This document shows, piece after piece, positions 39,120-48,737 of a stretch of DNA of 64,000 bases. Below the pieces are notes generated by a model. It was not told where the DNA came from and did no database searches. It saw only the letters and a program-made list of their open reading frames with translations. A program made the translations under genes and the position numbers. This stretch comes from a virus (taxonomy: Duplodnaviria > Caudoviricetes), in the IMG/VR virus record IMGVR_UViG_3300032282_006037, positions 9,609 through 73,608 of that record. One strand, given 5' to 3'. Numbering within the stretch: position 1 is the first letter of the stretch; every line of letters starts with the position of its first letter.

Positions 39120-39695
39120 ATGAATCTACAAATTTATAAGCCTAATTCGAAGAATACCGGCTGCGCTATTAGTTTTCAAATTTCCCAAAAGAACGATCAA
39201 GAGCCTCAGTTTTACGTAAATTGTATTGCACAACATTCTTGGGACGAACAAAAGAAAACAGGTTCTTTTGCAGAGAGCAGGAATAACCCCGCAAAGACTA
39301 TCGCTATCAAGTTCAATGAATTTGAGCTTGGTGAAATAATTAACGCTTTTCAAACGAAAGCTAATTATTCTGCTTTTCATTCAAGCGAGTCAAATAAAAC
39401 TCAAATCAAGTTTGGCCCATATGAAAAGAAGAAGGGTACTGGTGAATATGCTGTGACTTATACAGCTTATGGTTTATCTTTTATTAGAAACGGAGCTGAT
39501 ACATTTAAGGTTCCACTTGAGCCTGGAGAAATGGTTCGTTTAGTAGCTTTCATCAATAAGTTTTATTCATTGCTAGACGATACTCGAAAGATAGCTCCAA
39601 AGGGGGATTATAAGAATCAAGCTTCAAAAGCTCAAGCTCCAGCTTCAGCGCCAGCGAAGATCAATAAAGTTGAAACTGAAGATTCTGAATTCTAA
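39120..39695 (+). CDS. Whirly/PC4-fold ssDNA-binding protein (putative)
   Basis: IYK, W, ELGEII, FH and VPL..GE...L pattern parallels the Whirly domain; acidic-aromatic tail ETEDSEF. Confidence 0.5.
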   Translation: MNLQIYKPNSKNTGCAISFQISQKNDQEPQFYVNCIAQHSWDEQKKTGSFAESRNNPAKTIAIKFNEFELGEIINAFQTKANYSAFHSSESNKTQIKFGPYEKKKGTGEYAVTYTAYGLSFIRNGADTFKVPLEPGEMVRLVAFINKFYSLLDDTRKIAPKGDYKNQASKAQAPASAPAKINKVETEDSEF

Positions 39696-41581
39696 TGCGT
39701 AAAAAGAGAATTCTTATTCATAGTAATCATTGCAAAATGTTTACCGGATTCGGTAAGCATAAGAAAAATTTGTTAAAATATTTGTATAACACAGGTAAAT
39801 ACGAAATCATTGAATTCAGTAATGGTTATCCGTGGTCTTCTGATGAGTTGCAGTATACTCCTTGGAAAAGCTATGGATCTTTGCCTGATGATCCTGAACA
39901 TCAAAAAGAAATAGCTAACGACGAAAGAAAAAAATCAACTGCTGGTTATGGCGGTGAAATGATTGATCGAGCTATTTATGAATTAAAACCTGATATTTAT
40001 TTAGGCATAGAAGATATTTGGGGATTTAATGGATTTTTTGAAAAGCCTTGGTGGAATAAGATTCATTGTATTATACATACAACACTAGATAGTTTACCTA
40101 TTTTGCCAGATGCTGTAAATGCCGCGTCTAAAATAAAAAATTATTTCGTATGGGCAAGTTTTGCAGAAAAAGCTTTACACAAATTAGGTCATACACATGT
40201 TAAAACAGTACATGGAACGCTAGATGTTAATAATTTCTATAGACTTCCAGACGATGCTCGTTCAAGACTTAGAAAACATTTTAATCTAGAAAAAAGTTTC
40301 ATTATTGGATTTGTATTTAGAAATCAACTAAGAAAATCAGTCCCTAATTTGCTTGATGGATTCAAAATGTTTGATGAAGCAAATCCTTCAGCAAACGCTA
40401 AATTATTATTACATACATTTTGGAATGAAGGTTGGGATATTCATAGACTATTAAAAGAAAAAGATATTCCTCTTAATAAAGTACTTACAACTTATTATTG
40501 CAAAAACTGTTACAATTATCATATCAAGCCATTTCAAGGGCAGATTTTGAAATGCGATTATTGTCAACATCCTAATTCATGTGAAACAACAAATATTAAA
40601 AGTGGCGTAAATGAACAACAGTTGAATGAGATTTATAACTTAATGGATGTTTATTGCCATCCTTTTACAAGCGGTGGACAAGAAATACCTATTCAAGAAG
40701 CAAAACTTACTGAACTCATAACGTTAGTAACTAATTATAGTTGTGGTGAAGATTCTTGTAGCTCTGAAAGCGGCGGCTTTGCTTTAGACTGGGCTGAATA
40801 CCGAGAACCCGGTACTCAATTTATTAAAGCTTCAACATTACCTACAAGCATTAATGAAAAATTAAAAATGGTATACGAAATGGCTTTTGATGAAAAAGTA
40901 TTACTTGGTAAAAAATCACGTAACTATGTAATCAATAAATATAGTATTGAAATCGTAGGAAAATATTTTGAAGATTTATTTGATTCATTTCCTGAAGTCG
41001 AATTTGATTATGAGAAAGCGGATATGACTCCAAATGCATATTTTGAACCTGACAACTCTTTAAATGATAAAGAATGGATTGAGTCATTGTATGAAAATCT
41101 TTTAAAACGAAAAGATTCGTCTGGTGTTATTCATTGGTTGCAACGCTTGAAGACAGATTTAAAACGGCAAGATGTATTAACTTATTTTAGAAAAGTCGCA
41201 TTATCAGAAATACAAAAAGCTGAATTTGAGAAAATGCTCAAAATTGTAAATGAAGACAAAAGTCTTAAGAAAATTGCTTATATTCAACCTGATGGAGCTG
41301 AAGAAGTCTTGATCGCTACATCAATTCTTCCTTCTATTCAAAAAGTTTATCCTGACCATAAAATTTATTTCTTTACAAAAAGCGAGAATTTTGATTTAAT
41401 AAATTCACATCCAAATGTTTATAAAACACTATCATATTTTAATAAATTAGATGATCCTCTTTATCTAGAAGGAAAAGGCAATTTAAATAAATATTTCGAT
41501 ATTGTATTTGCTCCATATTTATCAATTAGAAACAATTATTTTAGAAACGCTCAAGATATTTTAGAGTATCAAACAACATGA
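39695..41581 (+). CDS. multidomain glycosyltransferase (GT4 with a CxxC-CxxC insert and a GT9-like C-terminus)
   Basis: TGFG, RNQLRK and SGGQEIPIQEA motifs; CKNC/CDYC insert; C-terminal LP.I...YP..I...T...L....P.V. Confidence 0.7.
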   Translation: MRKKRILIHSNHCKMFTGFGKHKKNLLKYLYNTGKYEIIEFSNGYPWSSDELQYTPWKSYGSLPDDPEHQKEIANDERKKSTAGYGGEMIDRAIYELKPDIYLGIEDIWGFNGFFEKPWWNKIHCIIHTTLDSLPILPDAVNAASKIKNYFVWASFAEKALHKLGHTHVKTVHGTLDVNNFYRLPDDARSRLRKHFNLEKSFIIGFVFRNQLRKSVPNLLDGFKMFDEANPSANAKLLLHTFWNEGWDIHRLLKEKDIPLNKVLTTYYCKNCYNYHIKPFQGQILKCDYCQHPNSCETTNIKSGVNEQQLNEIYNLMDVYCHPFTSGGQEIPIQEAKLTELITLVTNYSCGEDSCSSESGGFALDWAEYREPGTQFIKASTLPTSINEKLKMVYEMAFDEKVLLGKKSRNYVINKYSIEIVGKYFEDLFDSFPEVEFDYEKADMTPNAYFEPDNSLNDKEWIESLYENLLKRKDSSGVIHWLQRLKTDLKRQDVLTYFRKVALSEIQKAEFEKMLKIVNEDKSLKKIAYIQPDGAEEVLIATSILPSIQKVYPDHKIYFFTKSENFDLINSHPNVYKTLSYFNKLDDPLYLEGKGNLNKYFDIVFAPYLSIRNNYFRNAQDILEYQTT

Positions 41582-42771
41582 ATTTAGTAGATAAAATAGC
41601 TTTAGATTGTGGAGTTAAAGTTGGAAAACCTTATATAGACAGGCTATTCATGCCTTTGAAAAATCATGACTTTATAATTTTTGATACAAGAAGTAAATAT
41701 TCTCATGGCACATATGATTATTTTGGCGATGTATATGATATTATTCGCGCATATTTAAAACAAAATAATATTGAAACATTTCAAATAGCAAATGAAAACT
41801 CTCCTCGTTTGCCTTGCGATAAATGTTTTGTAACAATAAATAAGAAGCAAGAAGCTTATCTAATATCAAAAGCTAAGTTAATTATTTCTAACGAAAATTA
41901 TAGTTTATATTTTGCTTCAATACTAAATACTAAATCAATAGGATTATATTCTATTAATAATCCTAAAAATACTCAACCCATCTGGAACAGAGATTCGCAA
42001 ATCGTTTTAGAATCTTCAAGAGATGATAATTTACCTAGTTATGGTCAATTAGCAGAAAGCCCCAAAACAGTTAATCTAATAGATCCATATCAAATTGCTA
42101 GAAATATTTTAAATACCTTAAACATAAAAAATGATTTAGATAAATTTGAATTAGTTCATCTTGGAAAAAATTTCAATCAAAGAATTATTGAAGTGATACC
42201 GGATTTTACAGCTTCCGCAGAAGTATTAAAAGGCGCTTCAATCAATTTAAGATTAGATTACATAGACGATTTAAATCAAAATGTATTTTATTATTGGTTA
42301 AGCAATAGAAAAGTAAATATTTTAACAAATAAAAATTTAAATATCAAATCATTGTTGCCATTTAAAAATAATATTATTATGATAACAGTTATTATGTCAG
42401 ATAATATTGATGAGACATTTTTAAAACAGTGCAAACAAAATGGTTTTCGCGTCAGGCTTCATTGTCGAGAACCTGAAAAGATCAAAAATTATCAATATAA
42501 ATTTTTTGATTGGAATATCGAAAAAGATTTTAAAACAGAATTAAAACTTAAAGACTTTTCAAATATAAATGAAAAATCTTTTTTTATTAGTTCAAAAGTA
42601 TTAATTTCAAAAGGTAAACAATTTTCTTGTCGAGCTAATCAATTGCAAAACAAATTTCTTGACAAAACTCAAGAAACTGTTATCTTCTCTGAAACGTTTG
42701 AAGAAGAGTTAGATTTTTTTAAAATATACAATGAAAGAGAAGAATCAAGTTCCAATTCCTCAACAGCGTAA
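41578..42771 (+). CDS. GT9/heptosyltransferase-like protein
   Basis: Y.YF..V, Q.AYLI..A.L.I.N.....A....KSIGLY..P pattern. Confidence 0.5.
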   Translation: MNLVDKIALDCGVKVGKPYIDRLFMPLKNHDFIIFDTRSKYSHGTYDYFGDVYDIIRAYLKQNNIETFQIANENSPRLPCDKCFVTINKKQEAYLISKAKLIISNENYSLYFASILNTKSIGLYSINNPKNTQPIWNRDSQIVLESSRDDNLPSYGQLAESPKTVNLIDPYQIARNILNTLNIKNDLDKFELVHLGKNFNQRIIEVIPDFTASAEVLKGASINLRLDYIDDLNQNVFYYWLSNRKVNILTNKNLNIKSLLPFKNNIIMITVIMSDNIDETFLKQCKQNGFRVRLHCREPEKIKNYQYKFFDWNIEKDFKTELKLKDFSNINEKSFFISSKVLISKGKQFSCRANQLQNKFLDKTQETVIFSETFEEELDFFKIYNEREESSSNSSTA

Positions 42772-43480
42772 TGCTTGGGGATTAATTGAAGGCATTAATT
42801 ATATTAATAATGAAGATGGCTCTATTAATTGGAGAGCTATGGTTAAGCCTGATCATTTATTTCCTAATAAAGGATGGTTTGAAACAAGAAAGCAAGTAGT
42901 ACCAAATAATATTGAAGGATTAGGCGATCATCAACTGTTAATTAAGTTGGCCGGAATTAAAGAAGTAGCAAAGCTTCGTGGTTACAAATCAGTTAAGTAT
43001 GATATTATTAAGTGTGAATCTAGTTATGTTGCAGTCAAATGTGGTATAACTTGGATTCCAAATTATGAAAGCCAATATGAAAGCTATTATGAAGATGTGG
43101 CAAATGCTACGGTCAATAACACTACGGATTTTGCTGTCAAATTTCTGGAGACGATTGCAGCTAATCGCGCATTCATTAGGGCTGTAAGAAACTTTCTTAA
43201 CATTCATATTGTTGGTAGCGACGAAATTGATTCGTCTAAAAAAGGAACTCCAGCACTATTCGAAGAAGAAAGTGAAACAGCTTTACCTTCGTCTCAGAAC
43301 ATGCTAGAAAAAACAGCAAAAGCTCATGGTCTATCTAGCTTTGAAGAGTTTCAAGATTATTTGAGAAAAGCTTGGAAGCTGAATGTTTATCGTAACGAAG
43401 AAACAAAAGTTTGGACTTCATACAGCGATATTCCTGCAAAAGAAGCTAGAATTTTAATGTCTATTATTAAAGATAAATAA
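42731..43480 (+). CDS. Rad52/Sak-like single-strand annealing protein (putative)
   Basis: I.LAG...A, V.C.I, and ET.A.NRA..RA.R..L.I...DE pattern. Confidence 0.5.
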   Translation: MKEKNQVPIPQQRNAWGLIEGINYINNEDGSINWRAMVKPDHLFPNKGWFETRKQVVPNNIEGLGDHQLLIKLAGIKEVAKLRGYKSVKYDIIKCESSYVAVKCGITWIPNYESQYESYYEDVANATVNNTTDFAVKFLETIAANRAFIRAVRNFLNIHIVGSDEIDSSKKGTPALFEEESETALPSSQNMLEKTAKAHGLSSFEEFQDYLRKAWKLNVYRNEETKVWTSYSDIPAKEARILMSIIKDK

Positions 43481-43486
43481 TATAAA

Positions 43487-43927
43487 ATGTATAAGCAATA
43501 TATTTCAATTCCTATTAAGAAGCTTTCTGATAAAGCCACTATTCCTAGTCAAGGCAGTACTGAAGCTGCTGGATATGATCTTTATGCAGCTGAAAATGCA
43601 GTTGTTTATAGCTTGAGCCGAGCATTAATTAAGACAAATATATCAATTGCGATTCCTGAAGGTTATTATGGACGAATTGCTCCACGATCAGGATTAGCTT
43701 ATAAAAATGGAATTGATGTTTTGGCTGGTGTTATTGATTCAGATTATCGCGGTGATATAGGTGTTATTTTATTTAACACAAGCACAACAAATGAGTTTCA
43801 AGTAAAAGCTGGTGATAGAATAGCTCAAATCATTATAGAAAAATGTCATAATGTTCATTGGGATTCGGAAGAAAATCTAGATCAGACTAAAAGAGAACAG
43901 AAAGGATTCGGCAGCACCGGAGTATGA
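43487..43927 (+). CDS. dut: trimeric dUTPase
   Basis: AGYDL, PRSG, GVIDSDYRG, RIAQ and R..GFGSTG motifs. Confidence 0.96.
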   Translation: MYKQYISIPIKKLSDKATIPSQGSTEAAGYDLYAAENAVVYSLSRALIKTNISIAIPEGYYGRIAPRSGLAYKNGIDVLAGVIDSDYRGDIGVILFNTSTTNEFQVKAGDRIAQIIIEKCHNVHWDSEENLDQTKREQKGFGSTGV

Positions 43928-44202
43928 ACGCAAAACATATTAAAAAAATTATAGATAAGCAATTTAAGATTGCTGGTATTGATTTAAAATATGAAGATGT
44001 TTGTAATAATCAGATGCCTGAATGGTATAGAAAATTGACTTGCACTCCAGAACAAAACGAAAAATGGAAGAATTGGACTCTTAAGTATATGAAAGACAAG
44101 CTTAAACTTACAAAAGATAAAGCTTATATTGAAACTTCATGGTTAAATTTAAATTACGGACTAAAAGTAAAAAACAAAAAAAATGAAAATTCTAAAAAGT
44201 AA
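43924..44202 (+). CDS. hypothetical protein
   Basis: ORF overlapping both neighbours. Confidence 0.6.
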   Translation: MNAKHIKKIIDKQFKIAGIDLKYEDVCNNQMPEWYRKLTCTPEQNEKWKNWTLKYMKDKLKLTKDKAYIETSWLNLNYGLKVKNKKNENSKK

Positions 44203-45145
44203 ATCTATTTATTATGATGACGTAAATTTAATTGCCCAACCTTCAGAAATAATATCTAGATCACATATTGAACGTGAACTTCACAGAATTATTGTTTCGC
44301 CAATGCAGGCTGTTGTTGGAAAAACATTTGCTAGAACTGCTTATAATTATGGCGTTTCTGTTGCGCTTCATAGATTCTGCAAAATTGATGAATTAATTGA
44401 AACATTTAAATATGTAAATGAAAGCAACGATCCTAGTAAGGGAAATAAAATTTGGTGTTCTATTGCATTAAACGACTATTTTACTTTTGTAGCTTTATAT
44501 CAAAATGGTGCAAGAAACTTTATTATTGATATTGCTAATGGATACTTGAGTTCTGTCGATTCAATGATTAAATGTTTAAATGATGATTATAAAGGTTCTG
44601 AAACTTCAATAATGGTTGGAAATGTACATACTGAACAAGGTCTTAATTTATATAAAAAATATGATAATGTTTGGGTAAGAGTTGGAATTGGTCAAGGATC
44701 AGGCTGTACAACTAAAGATCAAACGGGATACACAAGAGGTCAAATTACTGAAATTAGTGAGTGTTATAATGATAGAATAACTTTCAATAATATAATTGCA
44801 GATGGGGGAATTAGAAATGGTGGCGACGCAGCTAAAGCTTTTGGTGCTGGTGCTGACTATGTTATGATGGGTGGATATTTTGCTAAAACAAATGAAGCAC
44901 AAAATGTAATTGATGGTGTTTATCAATTCTGGGGTTCGGCAAGTAAAAAACAATTAGAGTTAAGCGGTAAGAAGAGAGACCATGCTGAAGGTAGAACTTA
45001 CAACATTGATCAAACACAGATCGAACCTCTTAAAAACAAAATTGATGAATTATGGAGCGCTATTTCTTCTGCTGTTTCTTATTCAGGTTATAGCAGCTTG
45101 AGTGAATTTATAGGAAGAGGAGTTTATGAAATCAAAGAAAGATAA
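44183..45145 (+). CDS. guaC: GMP reductase / IMPDH family protein
   Basis: YDDV, DIANG, VGIGQGSGCTT, IADGGI and GADYVMMG motifs; no CBS domains. Confidence 0.75.
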   Translation: MKILKSKSIYYDDVNLIAQPSEIISRSHIERELHRIIVSPMQAVVGKTFARTAYNYGVSVALHRFCKIDELIETFKYVNESNDPSKGNKIWCSIALNDYFTFVALYQNGARNFIIDIANGYLSSVDSMIKCLNDDYKGSETSIMVGNVHTEQGLNLYKKYDNVWVRVGIGQGSGCTTKDQTGYTRGQITEISECYNDRITFNNIIADGGIRNGGDAAKAFGAGADYVMMGGYFAKTNEAQNVIDGVYQFWGSASKKQLELSGKKRDHAEGRTYNIDQTQIEPLKNKIDELWSAISSAVSYSGYSSLSEFIGRGVYEIKER

Positions 45146-45407
45146 TCTCCTTTTAGATGCGTGTAAAACGCTAGATACTGATTATGTGGATTATGGCGGT
45201 AAAATAACTCGTTGGGCCGATCCAGATAATAACTATTTAGATTGCAGTTGTGGTTGTAAATTTTTCAATCCATTATATAATAATAAGTATGATGGAGCTG
45301 ATATGGATTTTGGCGTTTGTTTAAATCCAAGAAGTAAAAGATATGGCTTGTTGACATTTGAGCATCAAGCAGGTTTTGGATGCTTTGAAATAGAAAAAAT
45401 TAAATAA
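45126..45407 (+). CDS. Cys-rich hypothetical protein
   Basis: DCSCGCKFF...GVC.NP.S...FEH.GC. Confidence 0.6.
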   Translation: MKSKKDNLLLDACKTLDTDYVDYGGKITRWADPDNNYLDCSCGCKFFNPLYNNKYDGADMDFGVCLNPRSKRYGLLTFEHQAGFGCFEIEKIK

Positions 45408-45414
45408 TTTTAAC

Positions 45415-45488
45415 TGCCCGATGGTGTAACGGTAGCACAGAGCACTTTGGATGCTTTTGTATTGGTTCAAATCCAGTTCGGGCAGCCA
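45415..45488 (+). tRNA. tRNA-Gln(UUG)
   Basis: Acceptor stem tgcccga/tcgggca, D-arm tggtgtaacggtagcac, anticodon arm gagca-ctTTGga-tgctt, T-loop gttcaaatc, encoded CCA. Confidence 0.93.
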
Positions 45489-45495
45489 CTTTTAA

Positions 45496-45699
45496 ATGCA
45501 AAATAAATTAGAAGAAATCAAAAAAATCGTTCAAGAACTATCTGATGATGTATATAACGTCAATACAGACCAAAAAACTGCATTATTAATTAAAGAAATC
45601 GATCAGCTTGTACAAAAATGTTATACTAAATTATATAATGTTACAGATACAAAATATCAATTAAATCGTGTAACCGATAAACATGGACACTGCTGTTAA
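45496..45699 (+). CDS. hypothetical protein
   Basis: 67 aa helical ORF after the tRNA. Confidence 0.55.
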   Translation: MQNKLEEIKKIVQELSDDVYNVNTDQKTALLIKEIDQLVQKCYTKLYNVTDTKYQLNRVTDKHGHCC

Positions 45700-45707
45700 A
45701 AAAAGAA

Positions 45708-46634
45708 ATGAATAAAATAGCATTCATAATTCTAGCAGTCAATCAAAAATATATAGACATTGCTGAGATAACTTGTAAAAAATTATTAGAATATACCGAA
45801 GCTGATGTAATTTTATATTATGCCAATGGTAATGTAGAACCATATTGTTCTCATAGACTGCAAAAAATTGATTTGGCTAGTTTTGATTTTGATTTTGATT
45901 ATATTTCATTTTTATCTCCTCTAAAACCTTTCATTGCTAAAGAAACTTTAAAAAAATACGATACTGTAATTAATTTAGATGCCGATATTCAAGCTTCTCC
46001 AAATATAAATCAATATAAAAAATATCTTGATCATCAAGATCCTATATTTACTTCTTATTCAGGAGGAGGCATGTATTTGATTTGGTATAATATAGATGGA
46101 ACTCAAACTATAATAGATTGGGTTCCAGAAATAATAAGAAAACATATACCATACGAAGATGAATATAAAAAAATGCCTGTTTTATTCACAGGGTTTTACA
46201 TAGTTAATAAAAGACATGAGTTTTTAATGAATGAGTGGTATGAAAAGACAACAAAAATTTTAAATTTAAAAAATATTGATGAATACAATAGACAAAGCCA
46301 AGCATGTATACATGAAGAGTCTATATTAAATTCTTTAATCAGAAAATATAAAATAAAAACGCATCTTAATCCGAAATTTATCGTTGTTTGTTTAATTGAA
46401 GGAGTTATGGAGGTTTTTGATATGATAAATAAAAAAATTCCTTGGATTCATTCTGAGTTGATACATGAATATGGAGAAATAAAATTTATATATGCGAAAC
46501 AAAAAATAAATAATAATCAAACCATTGTTCCGCCAAATATAGAAGATCTATGGGGATTTCATACCCTTAAACAAAAACAAGACGTTTACGAAACATATCG
46601 AATGATAGAAGAGCATTTCAATAAAATTAAATAA
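45708..46634 (+). CDS. putative GT-A glycosyltransferase
   Basis: KP...I.LDAD (DxD), EESILN and FH..K motifs. Confidence 0.6.
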   Translation: MNKIAFIILAVNQKYIDIAEITCKKLLEYTEADVILYYANGNVEPYCSHRLQKIDLASFDFDFDYISFLSPLKPFIAKETLKKYDTVINLDADIQASPNINQYKKYLDHQDPIFTSYSGGGMYLIWYNIDGTQTIIDWVPEIIRKHIPYEDEYKKMPVLFTGFYIVNKRHEFLMNEWYEKTTKILNLKNIDEYNRQSQACIHEESILNSLIRKYKIKTHLNPKFIVVCLIEGVMEVFDMINKKIPWIHSELIHEYGEIKFIYAKQKINNNQTIVPPNIEDLWGFHTLKQKQDVYETYRMIEEHFNKIK

Positions 46635-46802
46635 ATGACATTTAAAATTTCAACTCCATGTGTTAGAGTTTGTAAATTATTAAATGATGTTTGTTATGCT
46701 TGTCAAAGAACAAGACAAGAAATAACGAACTGGTCTTTCTATTCTGAAGATAAAAGAAAAGAAATAATGAAGGATATATATGAGCGCAGGAAAAGGAAGT
46801 AA
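46635..46802 (+). CDS. DUF1289-like Cys4 protein (not in ORF track)
   Basis: MTFKISTPCVRVCKLLNDVCYACQRTRQEITNW...; matches the PC..C....C.xC.RT..EI..W signature. Confidence 0.75.
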   Translation: MTFKISTPCVRVCKLLNDVCYACQRTRQEITNWSFYSEDKRKEIMKDIYERRKRK

Positions 46803-46911
46803 ACCAAGAAACTGTTTCAGTAAAGATTTTAAAAATAACTACGATTCAATTAACTGGAAAAAGAAGGATAAAGTATGCCCTACGAATATAAAGCCAGACT
46901 TAAAAAAGTAA
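46780..46911 (+). CDS. small basic phage peptide (not in ORF track)
   Basis: MSAGKGSKPRNCFSKDFKNNYDSINW...; the GKGS.PR...NY..I pattern is seen in small phage proteins. Confidence 0.45.
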   Translation: MSAGKGSKPRNCFSKDFKNNYDSINWKKKDKVCPTNIKPDLKK

Positions 46912-47333
46912 TAGATGGTGACACGATAATCGTAGATATAGATCTAGGATTTAGCATTGTGCTTAGAGATCAAAATATCAGGTTATCTGGACTTGATACT
47001 CCAGAAAGCAAATCAAAAGATAAAATAGAAAAAACTTTTGCAAATTTAAGTCGAAAAGCTGTTGAAGATTTTATGAAAAACAGCGATAAAGAAAATTTAA
47101 TTATTCAGACTTTATATGACAAAGATAACGGAGATAAATTTGGCAGAATTCTAGGTCGTGTTTATAATTCTAATAAAACATGTTTGAATGATTGGTTAAT
47201 CGATAATAGTTTTGCAGTTGCGTATAATGGAGAAAATAAAGAATTAGTTAAGCCTCAACATCTGAAAAATAGAAAAATTTTGATAGACAATAAAATCGCG
47301 CAAATTTCATATGCTGAAGCTGGAATAATTTAG
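46875..47333 (+). CDS. thermonuclease (SNase-like)
   Basis: VIDGDT, IRLSGLDTPE and DKFGRILG motifs. Confidence 0.88.
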   Translation: MPYEYKARLKKVIDGDTIIVDIDLGFSIVLRDQNIRLSGLDTPESKSKDKIEKTFANLSRKAVEDFMKNSDKENLIIQTLYDKDNGDKFGRILGRVYNSNKTCLNDWLIDNSFAVAYNGENKELVKPQHLKNRKILIDNKIAQISYAEAGII

Positions 47334-47362
47334 TTATAATAATATAATAAACGTGAAGAATT

Positions 47363-47397
47363 AAAGACAAGATTAATTTCTTGTCTTTTTTTATTTT
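47363..47397 (+). terminator. intrinsic terminator
   Basis: aaagacaaga/tcttgtcttt stem followed by a T tract. Confidence 0.7.
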
Positions 47398-47414
47398 AAA
47401 GTGTAAATAAATTT

Positions 47415-48704
47415 ATGGCTGAATTATTCGCAACTCAAGCGCCTCAAAACGTAAATTGTACTCTTATTTACGATAAAACAAGAGAGTTTTATCGGCCTTT
47501 TACAAATTTTGATTTTATTGGTGGACAGGCTGGTGTTGACGCTTTTGGAAGACAAAGAGTATCAAATCCAGAAATGATATTTAACAGCAAACAAATATTT
47601 GACAATCAATCGATTTATTGGGATGATATACAAGAAAGTGGATCACAAACTGCGAGTACATACGATATAAATAGAGCTTCTTCAACTTTATCCGTTAGTG
47701 CTAATACAGCAGGTAAAAGAACTCGTCAAACATTTATGCGTTTTAATTATCAAGCTGGTAAAGCACAGCTTGTAATGATGACTGGTATTTTGAAAAGAAC
47801 TGGCGGTGGAACAGGAATAACAACAAGAATGGGATATTTTGATGATCAAAATGGTATATTTTTACAAAGATCTGGTTCAACTATTAGTTTTGTATTACGA
47901 TCATATGTTACAGGTTCAGCTATTGATACAACAGTGACTCAAGCTAATTGGAATATTGATCAAATGCAAGGTAATGGACCTAGCGGAGTTGATTTAGATT
48001 TTTCTAAAACTCAAATATTAGTTATAGATTTTGAATGGCTAGGTGTTGGCAGAGTAAGATTAGGATTTAATGTAGATGGAGTAACTTATTATTGTCATGA
48101 ATTTTTAAATGCAAATAATAAAGATTCTGTATACATGTCAACTCCTAATTTGCCTTTAAGATATCAGATAGAAAATAATGGAAATGGTGTTGCTTCATCT
48201 ATTGAATGTATTTGTTCAAGTGTAATTACTGAAGGAGGAAGAGAAGAAGTTGCTGCAAATGGGTATGTTTCAACCGGTGGTATTTCTGTTACTGCAACCA
48301 AAAATTTTGTAAATGCCGTTTTAGCAACTCGATTAAAAACAGGATGGATTGGAACAACAATTGATATACTTGATGTTTCTTTAATTACAACAAGTAATGA
48401 TAATTATGAGTGGAAATTAATATTAAACCCATCTGGCATAAATGGTCTAACATATACCACAGTCAATAATTCATCGTTAGAATTTGCTATTGGTCCTAAC
48501 GCTACTCATGTTTCAGGTGGTTATGTTATAGCAGGAGGTTATGCTCAAGCAAAAACAGACATACAAGCAGAATCATTAAAATCTTTATTAAAATTAGGCT
48601 CCTCTATTACTGGTTTAAGAGATGTATTAGTATTAGCTTGTGTTCCATTGGGTGCATCTAATTCAGTAGTATATGGTGGTCTAAATTATCGAGAATTTAT
48701 TTAA
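47415..48704 (+). CDS. virion structural protein, beta-sandwich type
   Basis: DAFGR.RVS.P, YQAGK and W.GVG.VR.G motifs typical of phage structural proteins; GTGTA motif at 47401. Confidence 0.6.
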   Translation: MAELFATQAPQNVNCTLIYDKTREFYRPFTNFDFIGGQAGVDAFGRQRVSNPEMIFNSKQIFDNQSIYWDDIQESGSQTASTYDINRASSTLSVSANTAGKRTRQTFMRFNYQAGKAQLVMMTGILKRTGGGTGITTRMGYFDDQNGIFLQRSGSTISFVLRSYVTGSAIDTTVTQANWNIDQMQGNGPSGVDLDFSKTQILVIDFEWLGVGRVRLGFNVDGVTYYCHEFLNANNKDSVYMSTPNLPLRYQIENNGNGVASSIECICSSVITEGGREEVAANGYVSTGGISVTATKNFVNAVLATRLKTGWIGTTIDILDVSLITTSNDNYEWKLILNPSGINGLTYTTVNNSSLEFAIGPNATHVSGGYVIAGGYAQAKTDIQAESLKSLLKLGSSITGLRDVLVLACVPLGASNSVVYGGLNYREFI

Positions 48705-48737
48705 TCTATTTTATTATTTTTTTGTGTAAAAGTTTGT

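Noticed and set aside
45374-45463. tttggatgcttt occurs both just upstream of and inside the tRNA, suggesting an att-site duplication
   Set aside because: It is only about 12 nt of AT-rich sequence, is not the tRNA 3' end, and no integrase is present in the window.
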